The notes: generated by a model not told the origin, from the sequence alone. Counted from the first letter of the stretch, positions 1 to 14,334 are shown. The stretch is DNA of 64,000 nt from Macrostomum lignano (GCA_002269645.1 NIVC01002256.1:125422-189421); one strand, 5' to 3'. A program made the numbers and translations.

Positions 1-233
1 TACGCAGGCACACACTCACACAGGAGTGTACAGCGGCCCTAACTTTATATTATCGTTAGGCATGTACACTTCACTGCGCCTTGGGGGGGTTGGCTCTCAA
101 GGCCGTTAATTTCACGAGCAGAGCCAAGCCGAGATTCCAATTCAGCCCCAAATTAATGTGACTGCACTTGGAATCGAGCCTGGGCCGCTGGCACATCAGA
201 GCGCCGCGCTGGGACCACTGGGCTGCGGACCCC
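1..233 (-). mobile_element. tRNA-derived SINE, 5' part (body runs off the window start)
   Basis: Minus strand has an A-box-like GCAGCCCAGTGGT (214-226) and a B-box-like GGCTCGATTCC (170-180). The body (tacgcaggcacacactcacacagga) recurs at ~30000-30025. Confidence 0.7.
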
Positions 234-463
234 AACCGCTAGAGTGACTGTTGGCCCAGCTTTGTGTTGAGAATCACATTGCTCAAATTTATTATTCTCA
301 CGGAGCTGCCCGCCCGGCTCTGATGGAACTCAGCGGCGCTGTCGCTCTCTATCAGCTGTGCCGCGCTTCTCTGGGCAATGCCGAGCTCGAACCCCTGACC
401 TCAGCTGCTACCCGAATCCTGCGCCAAAGCGCTCCAAAAACTCGCCTAACGGTGCCAACGACA

Positions 464-2497
<2,034 letters not shown>

Positions 2498-2565
2498 GCT
2501 CTTCTATGTGGCCAACCTTCTCGCGGTGGAGAGCGGACGGGGAAAACCCCGGCAAAGAGGCTACA
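2498..2565 (+). ncRNA. HDV-like self-cleaving ribozyme at the 5' end of RTE copy 2
   Basis: P1 GCUCUUC(2498-2504)/GGAGAGC(2528-2534); P2 UGUGGCC(2507-2513)/GGCUACA(2559-2565); P3 ACC/GGU; L3 UUCUCGC; P1.1 GG(2535-2536); P4 CGGGG-AAAA-CCCCG; J4/2 GCAAA with putative catalytic C2553. Confidence 0.82.
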
Positions 2566-4910
2566 AGGGAAAGACGCTCGGAGGAAGGCGAGGAGGAGAC
2601 TCCAACCGACCGACCGGCCCTTTTCAGCAACGACATTCGGAGGTAGCCGAACCGAATGTCGAGATAAATCAGGCCAAACCCAACAGGGTAGAGGAGGGAA
2701 GGGACAACAGACAGAGAAGCGAAGAGGTCGAATGGAGACTGCGCACGATTGAGCCGAACCCAGGACCGAAAACGGAGAAGGAGAAAACACAGAGAGGAAA
2801 GAGGAGAGCACGGAGGAGACAGCGGAGAAGAAACGAGAAGAGAAACGAAAGAAGAGAGAAAGCGGAGAATAAAGAATGGAGGATCACCACACGGAATGTG
2901 AGGAACGCAAATATCGCAGGCAGACGTTTCGGAGAGATCGTGAAAAAATCGTAAGAGAGAAGTGGCAGAAGACACTAATTAGCGAGTTAAGAGCTGAGGG
3001 AGGAGGAGTAAAGACATACGAGCGTATCAGCACGGAAAGACACAACTGCACCTAATACACTCAAAAAGGACGGGGATTGCAATGAACACCGAGACGTGCA
3101 AGATGTGGATAGACAGCGGTAAGAAAAGCCAAACGACGACCGAGAGAGCGATAATGATCAAGATCTACGGTACAAGTTTCATCAGTGTGTAAAAACCAGT
3201 GAAAGGGAGCCAAGCGTATCAAGAAGACCTAGCCCTAGTGAGATTTGAAATTGAGAGATTCCTCCGGATGGAGAGCAAGGATGAACCGTTTATCATAGGA
3301 GGCGATTTTAACACCCAGATCGGACAAACAGAAGATACCAGCAAACATCGAGGCAAGTTCGGCCTCAACAAAACGAACCAACAAGGAGACGACCTAATGC
3401 AATGGATCACGGAAAATGGCTGGACTTGGGTAAACTCCTTCAGAGTAAGAAAAAGAGAAACATGGCAGAACCCCAACTCCTGGAGCCAAAGACAGACACA
3501 CACTAGTGAAGTCGATGAAAGTGCACAATGGAGACAACCTATCCGACCACCTGGCGCGCACAATTGTCGTCAGGGCACTGGCACCCAAGAAGAGCAAGAA
3601 GCGGGGAGAACAAAGAAGAAAAGGAATGAAAGAAACCAAGGTCAACTGGCAAGCTCTATACAACGAAGAGATAGCTGAAAAAATGAGAAAAGATATGGAA
3701 GAACGCTATAGCAGCGCATCAAAGACATCAAATTGGGAAGAAACGAAGAACTTCATTCTGCAGAGCGCATTACAGGTATGTGGAAGAAGAAAGAAAAGAC
3801 AGATCAACCCATGGATGCAAGGACACGAGAATGAGATCGAGGAATTCAATAAGAACCTCAGAGAAAGATTGAAAGAAAGGAACGAGGCACGAAGAGACCC
3901 AACTGTAACGGAGGAGGAGAAACGGAGAGCTGAAAGCAGACTGAGGGACCACCGCAAAAGTTACAGAGAGAAAACAAAAGAATGGGAAGAAGAATGGTGG
4001 GACACGATCGCGAGCGAGTGCAAGGAAGCAGCAGAGAAAGGCCAGATTGGACTCATGTACGAAAAGCTCAGACAACTCGATAGACGTGGGGAATGCACGA
4101 ACTTTAAACCAGCTACAGTTGATGAAAACGAATTTAAAGAACACCTACAAGAAGTCCAGAGACGGAGAATCGAAAGCTGCGAAACTCAAATACTGAAGAC
4201 GGTGAAGGAAACCCCCAAATCAAACACTCAGATCGCGAGAAGAGAGAACGGGATACTCACAAGGGAGATTACTGACGAAGAGATTGAGATAGCCATCAAA
4301 TGTATGAAGGACAAAACACCTGGGCAAGACGAGATACGCCTTCGTTACATAGCGGAAGCATCACCAAAAGTGAAGAAAGCAGCATACACAAGGATCAAAT
4401 TCCTTTTTGCACACAGCGCGGAAGATTGGGACGAGAGTGAGAAAATCGGCTTAATCATCCCTTTGTTCAAGAAGGGAGACCGGAGAGACCTAAACAACTA
4501 CCGAGGAGTATGCCTACTACCAATATTAAGCCGAATCGTCGCAAGGATACTAGCCACAAGAATAAGGATATGGGCAGAGAGCCTAGAATTATTCGACGAC
4601 AACCAATGTGGTTTTAGGAGCGGAAGATCAACGGCAGACAGCACGCAAATCTTCGTCCGAATACACGAGGACCTGACAGAGTACAGAGAAGCACGAAGAA
4701 TGAACGGAGACAAGAACCTCGAGCAAGATGAGATGGCAATTCTGATGGACCTAAAAAAGGCATACCCGAGAGTATGCAAACCGATGATATGGGCATTGCT
4801 CTCACATCTAAGGATGCCGAAAGAGACGATACGTAAATTACAAGACCTACACCAGAACACACTATACCAAGTGAAGGGCGGGGAAGGAGTGAGCGAAGGT
4901 TGGACACCAG

Positions 4911-5435
4911 GGGGGTGTTTCTCGAAACTCACGTAAGTTCTATGGTAAGTTAGATCGTAAGAAAGAAATCTACGTGTAGCGTAAGTTTGCTCGTAAGACG
5001 CTTTCTCAAAACTCACTTAGACTTTGCGTGGCTTACGCTGTTCGTAAGTCGTATCTGAAACGAAAAGTTGCATGTCTATGGTCATAAATCTGTAAATATC
5101 TTTACTTTTTCTATCGTAAGTTGCTTTCGACAAAGACCCACCTTCGATAAATTTAACTTGACTTGGCTTGACTAAAGCTTCACGTACTATGCGATTAGTG
5201 CTTAAGTGCGTCTTACGACTGATACCGAGCAGTCGTAGGGTTAAGATCAACCTTACGAAAGACCATAGACATACGAACGTTTCGAGAAACAGTCTTTCGC
5301 GCAAAGTTACGAACTCGTAAAGTTGCGATCAATCTTACGCATGGCTAACTTGCGAGCCCTTCGAGCAACCCGTAAGTGTAGCTTACCCAACTTAGGTCTA
5401 TGGTCTATCGTAATTTGCTTTCGAGAAAGACCCCC
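4911..5435. mobile_element. PIF/Harbinger-like MITE inserted in the RT of RTE copy 2
   Basis: TIRs GGGGGTGTTTCTCGAAA / TTTCGAGAAAGACCCCC (1 mismatch), flanked by CAG and CTG trinucleotides. Many internal CGTAAG/CTTACG motifs; no coding capacity. Confidence 0.8.
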
Positions 5436-7129
5436 CTGATACCAATACAACTCAGAAAACCGAACCCATTTGTTCCAGACCTCTTCGCGGACGACACCAC
5501 CTTAATAGGGAACCGCGGTGAACTGACCGATGGCCTCGGAATAACAAAAGAGGTCATGCAATGGTTGGAGGAGAAGACCAACGACCAGAAGCAAGAGGAC
5601 CTCCTCTTCGGAACACCAGGAGGCACGGTGGGGATGCTAGGAAGCTGGCTAGACGGAGAATAAGACGTGAGGCAGAGGATCGGCAGAGCAAATAAGAGCT
5701 GGAAGACAATAAGGAAACGCTTCGTAAAGTGCAGACTGTCAAAGAGAACACAAGGGCGAGTGATTGAAGCCTGTGTCGAGAGCACACTTCTGTATCAAGC
5801 CAACGTGAGACCGTTCCACCTGTCCCATATAAAGAAAATGCAGCGATGCATGGACAGAATGTATCGGTTCGTCTGGAGCTCTAAAGTGAAGGAACCAATC
5901 AGAGAAATGGAAGAAAAGGGGGTGAATATGCAAGACATCAGAAACGAACTAGGCGTCGCATCGGTGAGATCAAAGATTGAACGCACACATCTCATCCGTG
6001 TTGGGCACGTATTACGCATGCCAGACGGGAGACAGACCAAAAAAGCAGTTTTAGGCTGGTACAAGAGGCTGGAAGGAATCGGGAAGAGAAGACAACGGAG
6101 GAACCAGACAATTGACTTTTGGAGGAAATTGCTACGGGAAGCAGGAATCGAACCAGAGAGCGCAGAAAGACTTACACCAGAACGATCGACTTGGAGATCG
6201 ATTGTGGAAGCAAGGACGAGAGAAATGCGAGAATAGAATGGGAGGAACGTCAAGGAAAAAAGGCGGAGGGAAGAAATCGTAATAACCCGAGACAGAGATC
6301 CCACCCACCGGCAGAAACGGAAAAGGAACCGGAAGTTATACGGGAAGAGAGGGGAAGAAGGAAGGAGAAGAGAACGGAGTTCAAATGCGAATATGAAGGA
6401 TGTGAGAAAATCTGCAAAAGTAAAGCGGGACTAGTGATTCATGAGAAGAGAATGCACCACGTTAGGGACGCACAAGTGATGTTCGAGTGCAGCAAGTGCA
6501 AGAAAACATTCACGCAAGAAGCTGTTGTGTCGTGGCAAGGAGCCCGTAAAAGGGCCGTTTTACTGACTAATTAAAAGGGTTTTTTTCTTACTACTCTACC
6601 GTCAGAGAGCAACCTATGGTTCGTCTTTTTGAGAAACCTAAAGATGATAAAATTTTGTCAGGAATTGCGATAGCAGGGATAAAACTAACTGCTAAGAAGA
6701 TCAATCAAACAGCACACGATTAAAAGTAACATTACTAACGTCGAGAAAAGCAGATACCCCAATCCTAGATTATAGAGCGTCGTCAAGTTTAAATTGAACG
6801 CGTCAAAAATCGGTGAATTTTTCCCGGTTTCCGCTCACAGACAAATAGACAGACAGGTACTAAAGACAGACAGACAGCACAAGTCGATCTTCCAGACACC
6901 TGTCCTGCAGAAGCTGGAACTCAGCGGCCGTCAGCTATCTAGCGCTGAGGCCATAGCGGCGATAATTGCTAATTTGTAGTTTTTTTTCCTGTAAATTTCA
7001 TATTTGCGTTTGTGAAGCTTGTCTTGTGGAATCGCAAGAATAAACCGACTTGCCGAATTGACGAGAGTCCTGACGAAACATGGAGTAGGCTGCGTACGGC
7101 TGTTCAGTCCAAGGACTGGGGGGTCCAAG

Positions 7130-7312
7130 GACACACGCACACACACACCCTCAATAACCTCAGCTAATGCTGGCACCCATTTTACAGCTGGGTGAACTGA
7201 AGCAAAGCGCAGAATTAAGTGTCTTGCTCAATTACAATTTTTTTCTGCGTGGGTCGAAAATCGAACCCACGAAGTTGTGACTACGACGCTCTAATCACTA
7301 GACTAAAGCCCC
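7130..7312 (-). mobile_element. tRNA-headed CORE-like SINE
   Basis: Minus strand: GGGGCTTTAGTCTAGTGATTAG (A box), GGTTCGATT (B box), then TTGAGCAAGACACTTAA...CAGTTCACCCAGCTGTAAAATGGG, which resembles the MIR/CORE domain. The 3' boundary is uncertain. Confidence 0.75.
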
Positions 7313-9715
7313 AAGCTCTACACACGGTTGAACAGCAGAATGACGATCTAGGATCCTACGGCCGCAAATCCAGCCTCCTCCTATAGAAAGCACTCACCTG
7401 TTGAATCCTCAACAGAGATGTACAGATTAGGCTTGCAGTCCCATCTAGGGCAGATCTACGTTTGCACGAGTCGTTAAGTGACGACCTCCTCGACTGTTTG
7501 ACGTTCCTTAATCGCTAGTTCTATTTTCGTTCGTGTTATGAAAATTTGAGAAACGAAATCCGAACGAACTTGGAGCAAACAAGCAAACGAAGCTCAGAGA
7601 CGCAACTCGAAAAACGGAGGTACTGATCAGTGATCAGTAAAACACGAATAAGCTTGTTTGAAATCATTTGACTTCATTTTTACTCAGGTCTTCAGGGTGA
7701 AATAACAAAATAACATCTGCTTGTTTCTATCGAAATAATTTGGCTTCAGAATATGCTTCCGAAACAGTGGTTAAACTGGAAAAGATTGTCTTCTGGTTGA
7801 AATAAATTGTCTCAAGTGCGTTTGTCACAAACTAGCTGCATTAAGATCGTGCTTGTTAATCACTCGAATCTGTCCATCTGTCAAACCTTTCAAATTCTTT
7901 TGAAACAAGGCGTCAGCATAAATGCGTTGAAATTTCTAATTTTTCATAATTTTTTGTAGACTTTTCTATTGGAGCACCATCATTTTTAAATAATCAAAAA
8001 TGCCCAAAAGTCGCACCAACTACATGAACCTAGAGAACGTTCATTGTCGTTTTTTACATCTTTTAGTGTTAAATGTTCGGTGACCGTCTGATGAAGCACC
8101 GTTCTCCTTAAGACCACCATACTGGAACTGCTAATTTTTTAAAATCAACACTAGTGTCCCCGAGACGTGCGGGATTTGTTTGAGACCCTAGGAAGTTACA
8201 GCTGAATTCAATCGAAGCCACCGATGGTCAAGCACTTTGAGCTTGAGTCGCCGACTAAAATCATTTTGAGCTCGGGGTGGATGCTCGCTTATTGCTAGAC
8301 TTGTAGGCGTCTCTGTACTCTGGCAAATTACAGCATTGTTTGTTTATAGAGCCGGTTGAAGCTAAAAAAATTGAAGACAGAATAATGAAGGGAAGCTTCT
8401 ATAAGATTCATTGATTTCGTATTTCTAACTTTGAGGCTGCTCTGTTGATCATAAAACTTGCGTTCATAAAATTTATAGGATCGACCTGGTCTTTGGTCAA
8501 ACACTTTATCAGTGGCCATATTGGGGCTTGCGAGGGCTGGATAACCCTAAGCAGCTTACAACATGGCGAACTGGAGCTCAAATAAGTATTGAGATGTATG
8601 AGATCTGTATTTGCGAATATCTGATCGCCAGAACGGCAGGTGTGCCAAATAGAAAATTTCAAAATATATGTAAACTTTTTTCAGTTTAAATTAGCCCTGA
8701 AAGAAACATTTGAACAGGTTTTAAAAGAAAAATGTGTAAAACTATAACAATTAACTTGAGATTGGTGACATGACCGTACAGGTTTCAACCTCCGCTGATG
8801 TCATCCCCCTACTAAGACAAAGACGCTAAGCGATTGGGTTTTAGAATCGAGGTAGCCTTATATAAGTATATTTGGTGGTTCCATCTTAACATAATCTTCG
8901 TATGATAAAGTAGCCCATTTGGGGCTTGTGCCTAAAACATGGGGTCAACCCGGTCAATCCCAGGACACAGATCGAGAGCGCAAATGCCTGATGATTAGAA
9001 AGTCCACCCTTAGAAAGTACACCCAGCGTGGTCCCTACAATAGTTCCTAAATATATTAGATTAGAAATGATCCTTGTAGGAGTTCTAACTCCTACATCGA
9101 TGCGTGTAGCTGTTCCCCCCCCCCCCTCATGACCGCTCTGCCGCCATGGCCAACAACCCCTCCTGCACTACAAATATACACGATCTTGTACCCCGAATAT
9201 CTTGTATCTCCGGTTTTGTCCTTTGTTCCACGTACCGCTGACCGTTGTCTGAAAGCAGAAGACAACCGGTGTTTTCAACATCACAAAACATCGTGTTATA
9301 TAATCCTTATAGCCCGTACAGACCGCTTTCACGTTTTTTTGGTTCGCAGCAGTAAGAATTGAATTTTACATTTTTACACCCCTACTTTCCGGTGTAACTT
9401 GATCTTTTAATGTATTTTTAAATAGGCGTCATAAGAAAACAAGAGTGTAAACTCATAATACAGTCCTCGCGGGCTCTAATGATCATAAAACCGTCGACCA
9501 TTCTACTAAATTTATTACATGTAGTTTAGGCAATCGATTTAACGGCTTGAAGGCTTGAAGCTAAGCGAGGGCTTAGTTAGGGATAGCCACAGACCAGAGC
9601 CATATTCTCGTCTTGCTTAAATTAAATATTGATTGGCCACTCAATCAATATTCGGAATATTGTGGTTCCCCAAAGCGTGTTGAAGTGCAGAGGTTGAACC
9701 GCACGGCAACCACAC

Positions 9716-10413
9716 CAGGGGCGTCGCCATGGATTTATGGCCGAAGGGGGGGACAAAGCCAAGAATTCTACATGTGCATGTACAAGACTAAATTCCTACA
9801 TGTACATTATTTTCAGAAATCGGTGTTGTCATCAGTCATTTTATCGCCGCAGGCACTTATTTTGGCCCCTCAGACACTCATTTTGGCGCCGCAGACACTC
9901 ATTTTGGCGCCGCAGACACTCATTTTGGCGCCGCAGGCACTCATTTTGGCGCCGCAGGCACTCATTTTATCGCCGCAGGCACTCATTTTGGCCCCTCAGA
10001 CACTCATTTTGGCGCCGCAGACACTCATTTTGGCGCCGCAGGCACTCATTTTGGCCCCTCAGACACTCATTTTGGCGCCGCAGACACTCATTTTGGCGCC
10101 GCAGACACTCATTTTGGCGCCGCAGGCACTCATTTTGGCGCCGCAGGCACTCATTTTGGCCCCGCAAGCACTCATTTTGGCCCCGCAGGCACTCATTTTG
10201 GCCCCGCAGGCGCTCATTTTGGCCCCGCAGACACTCATTTTGGCCCCGCAGGCGCTCATTTTGGCCCCGCAGACACTCACTTTGGCCCTGCAGACACTCA
10301 TTTTGGCCCCGCAGGCGCTATGTTTTCTCACCCTTCAGCAAAATTATTGATTTCCATAACGGGTCACAAGGTTCATGGGGGACATTTCCCACCCCCCGCT
10401 GGCGACGCCCCTG
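9716..10413. mobile_element. hAT-like MITE containing a minisatellite
   Basis: Perfect 14-bp TIR CAGGGGCGTCGCCA / TGGCGACGCCCCTG; 8-bp TSD AACCACAC / AACCATAC (7/8). Confidence 0.88.
9836..10320. repeat. 21-bp minisatellite (GCAGGCACTCATTTTGGCGCC), ~23 copies
   Basis: Visible tandem units; these produce the LILAPQA-repeat ORF. Confidence 0.95.
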
Positions 10414-11839
10414 AACCATACCATGCATTAAGTAAGGCTATTATACCAATATTGATGGGCTGCAGAGGGCAGAAACGAGTCGAGCTATAACGCCGAGGAG
10501 TGTTAGCTCGTTTCTGCCCGATCCAGCTTGTCGGAACTGAATACAAACTGTTAGAACGAATTGGAAGCAAACTATAGTGTCTGATTTGCTTGCAAAGTGT
10601 CGTTTTAGTAAGCGTGGTTGTCGGAACTGAATGTACATTTCACCAAGCACGACCATGCATAAACCGTTTGGAATTGAATGATTTCAAATATTTCAACATT
10701 GACTGCACCACATTTAACAAATTAAAATAGTATAGCATTTCGCAAGCCATATTGATATTACGAGAAAGCAATTTAATAATCAGTCGGGAAACCCAGTCCT
10801 ACAGAGATTTTTTGGTACTTTCTGGCTTTGGAGCGACCAATTTAATGATCCGAGCGCCCAGTCATTTCCAGTGTTACTTGTATCGCATTGGCTGCAAATA
10901 CATGTAGACGCACGCATTCAACATGGAAGCCAGCGAGCTGAGCAGCGAGCTTTTGGAAGAAAATGGAGAATCTTTGTCACTGCAGATGAAGCGCTAGAAG
11001 ATCGAGCAACATGCACAACATGTGCATATGTGCCATGCACAATAAGCAATAGCCTACACAAGCAGTTAATCACTTGTTGTACGTCGTTGTGCTTGGGAGG
11101 ACATGCGGAGATGCATGGTTCGGAACTCGCCAGAAAACATAACACGGAGGCAGGAATTCACCTAGGTGGCTGACTGATTTGACTTAGTTTAGAGCCAACT
11201 GGATAATCCGGAGACCAACACAAATATATCGGCGCGGGTTACAAGATATGAAATCGCGCAAGTGCATGCCGCTCCAGTTTGAGATGGGCATCCATTTTAT
11301 ACACATTGGCATTCGCATTTGTTTGACCCCCCGCCGCCGGTGGGGTGTCTTCGCGTGGTTAGCAACGGCGGGGGTTTTGAGCAATAAAATCTGGGACAGT
11401 CCTCTACATGAATCTGGTTAGGCTGGTTTCGCCTTCTTGGGCAGCTCCAGGTTGAATATGAGTCCGTGGGCGGGCCGTCTGATTCTCCTCCAGTTTTCGC
11501 CAGTTCTGACGCATGCCAAGGGCCGATCACTCTATAACTTCGTTTGTTGTTCGGGCCTCTTCTCAGTTTGCTTCTCCCGGCCGGTTTGAGCGCCATTGTG
11601 CATGCCTGCGGCGGGGTGCTACTCTCAGGAATGAAAGAGGCTTTATTAGATTCGGTAATTCAAATTTGAGTTTACAGTTGATTATATCTTAGCTGTTTCT
11701 GTTTGCCCTTCTAATAGCTAATCTGGGGGTTCCATTGTGCTTTTCTGCCTTGCCCTTCACTGCGCCTAAGCATTTTACAATTTTCTACCCATCTTCTGGC
11801 AAATTAAGGTCAAAACTTATAGAGAAGTTCCAATTCAAG

Positions 11840-12099
11840 GGGCCTTTTCATATTGCTTGTTCTGGTTCCAGAACCAGAACCAATTTGTGAAGTATAACTT
11901 TTTGTCTCCATAACTAGAGGGATATACGTGCTATAAAGTTTTTATTATTGAATGACAATCGCCAAGAAGAAAGTGAAAAATCGTGCAAAGTGAGGCTGTT
12001 AAGGCAGTCAAATATTAACAGAGTTTAATAGTTATACTGCTGTTTTTCTTGGAATTCCGAACCGATTCTGGTTCTGGAATTGGTAATATAAAAAGGCCC
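11840..12099. mobile_element. PIF/Harbinger-like MITE, copy A
   Basis: TIR GGGCCTTTTCATATT / AATATAAAAAGGCCC (14/15); 3-bp TSD AAG/AAG; second copy at 13297. Confidence 0.82.
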
Positions 12100-12968
12100 A
12101 AGAACTCAAATTAAGTGATCAAAAGAATAACAAGGATCGAAATGAGTTTATTTAATTTGGCTTGAACTATTCTAAAAAATTCTTTCTGTGTGACACAAAA
12201 TTATACGATATAAAAAATAATATAAAAATACAAAATATTTTTTTATTCATACAATAAAACAGATTGGCGGAAATTTAAAAACATACTTTCTTAGAACTCA
12301 AACGAAGCCTATTACATTTATTATAAATAAGTCAATAATAAATACAATTTATTTTGTTAAATTAACTGAATTACTAAAATATTTGGATAGGCTAGGCCTA
12401 GATCAATGCCAATAAAAGGTAAAATTATTTGCTTAACGAAATAATTTTAAAACCTTATTTAGTAATTAGTTTTGCTATTATGAATACATGCATACTTCAA
12501 TACTTGTTAATGTTGGACTTATTAATTAACAATATGCCTATAGAAATTGCTTAGTAGGCCTAGGCCTGCTATGTATAAAAGTCATAATAATTTATATACA
12601 GCATAGTAGTGTTTTTTGATAGGTAGGAATATATTTTTTATCCTAGGCCTATTATTGTTATCAAAATTGAGTTGTTGTATAATAAGCAATATAGTATAGG
12701 CCTAGTATTTATTTTAAACTTTTCTTTTTAGACCTAAATATTTTAAGTTCTAAGCATAAACCTAAAATCTTAGAATAAGGCTAAGTATAACGATAAGAAG
12801 TTGGAGAATAAGTCTAAGTATATTTCTAGATATTCTTTTGTATTGATTTCATTCTTATTTATTTTATATATTAGGACCTAAGCAATTCATTCTTTTACTA
12901 GACTAGGCTTAGGCCACTTAGCCTATAATTCTTACATATTTCTTCTGTAATAGGGGTAGGGTTAACTG

Positions 12969-14334
12969 GATGCATGCAAATTCGGCGACAAACAAATTTG
13001 GTGACAAAGATTCACAATGGACTAATTCGGCAAAAGCAAATTTGGCAACAATCTAGGCAAATTTGGCAACACGTCTTTCTATAGCTAGCCTAAAGACAAG
13101 TTAAAGCAAATGAGATATGGGTGGAAAAAAATTAAACTTGGGGGTTTGACTTGAAATCAGTCAGTTGCTGACACTCATGAATGAGGTGGGGGCAGATTCC
13201 ACATTTGAATTCCTGCCAGCGTTGCATTCGGAGGGTAGTTGTATCATAGTAGAGCCGTTCGTGTAGCAGCGCGGTCGTTCAAATGGTATACACTGAGGGC
13301 CTTTTCATATTGCTTGTTCTGGTTCTAGAACCAGAACCAATTTGTGAAGTATAACTTTTTGTCTCCATAACTAGAGGGAAATACGTGCTATAAAGTTTTT
13401 ATTATTGAATGACAATTGCCAAGAAGAAAGTGAAAAATTGTGCTAAGTGAGGTTGTTAAAGCAGTCAAATATTCAACAGAATTAAATAGTTATAGGCCCT
13501 ACTGCTATTTTTCTTGGGAGATCCAAACCGATTCTGATTCTAGAATTGGTAATATGAAAAGCCTCCAAGATTTTGACACCATAGATTAATGCATCGATTT
13601 GCTGAGCTTGTTACTTTCAGTAGGATAGAGCTGCCACCACCGTAATTTACATATTATGGAACAAATAAGTCTCAGAACTTCTTTAGTTAGGCCTAAGAAC
13701 TTTGATTGTTTTACATCCCATGGGCAAAGAACTCAAGATATGCTATGGCTTATAGATCAACAAATAAATAAGATGTAGCTGTTATTATTTATTGTCAGTT
13801 ATTAATTATTAGCAGGCAAAGAGCAAATAAAATAAATGTGTGCAAGAATCAGCAAGTTAAATGGAGCAGAGGATAAAAGAAAGGGCAAGGAAGGTAACAG
13901 AATTAACACATGAAAACAGGGGATTAAATAGGGGTAGCAAGCAATTCTGCAGGTGGGAGCAACTGCTGGATGCAACGGTGGGAACCCATGGGCATAGCAT
14001 GGACAAAAGAAAAAAAACTAGGAGCATCAGTGCAACTTAACAAAGTTCCACAAAAAGGATAATAATAGCCAACGCATAGAGCACATGGTAGAACAATGCC
14101 TGGACAAGCAGAAGCAAACCACACTAGGGATAATATGACTCAGTTAAAAAGGGAAAGCTAATCTGCATTATAGAATACCATTCTACAAAAGGAATTATTC
14201 AAATCATACACAATTGTTTTTCCTTCATTAATTGTCGCCGAATTTGCCTAGATTGTCACTGAATTTGCTTTCACCAAATTAGTCCATTGTGAATCTCTGT
14301 CACCAAATTTGTTTGTCGCCAAACTGGTCAGCAC
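12969..14334. mobile_element. Non-autonomous DNA element with ~110-bp imperfect inverted termini
   Basis: 12969-13078 (GGCGACAAACAAATTTGGTGACAAAGATTCACAATGGACTAATT...) is the reverse complement of ~14232-14334. Superfamily not assignable. Confidence 0.7.
13297..13566. mobile_element. PIF/Harbinger-like MITE, copy B (nested)
   Basis: Same orientation as and highly similar to 11840-12099; right TIR degenerate. Confidence 0.8.

Larger units (their letters stand above)
2498..6527 (+). mobile_element. RTE-clade non-LTR retrotransposon, copy 2 (5'-complete, 3'-truncated, decayed)
   Basis: APE start WRITTRNVRN and GGDFN. RT motifs KKGDRRDLNNYRGVCLL, NQCGFRSGRSTAD, DLKKAYPRV and LFADDTTLIG. RVGHVLRM and zinc fingers CEYEGCEKIC..HEKRMH and CSKCKK. 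Several frameshifts and stops; interrupted at 4911-5435. Confidence 0.92.

Noticed and set aside
6526-6800. Possible LTR (TGTTGTG...) truncating RTE copy 2
   Set aside because: No second LTR, PBS, PPT or matching end visible; only the TG start supports it.
7058-7090. Hammerhead-like TTGACGAG..GACGAAAC
   Set aside because: C3 is replaced by T, the stem II loop is too short and stem I cannot be closed adjacent to the core.
8986-9025. CTGATGA...GAAA pair
   Set aside because: No pairable stem II and no stem III/NUH.
10871-11596. Short ORFs in a moderately GC-rich patch
   Set aside because: No recognisable domain or consistent splice structure; possibly a decayed element.
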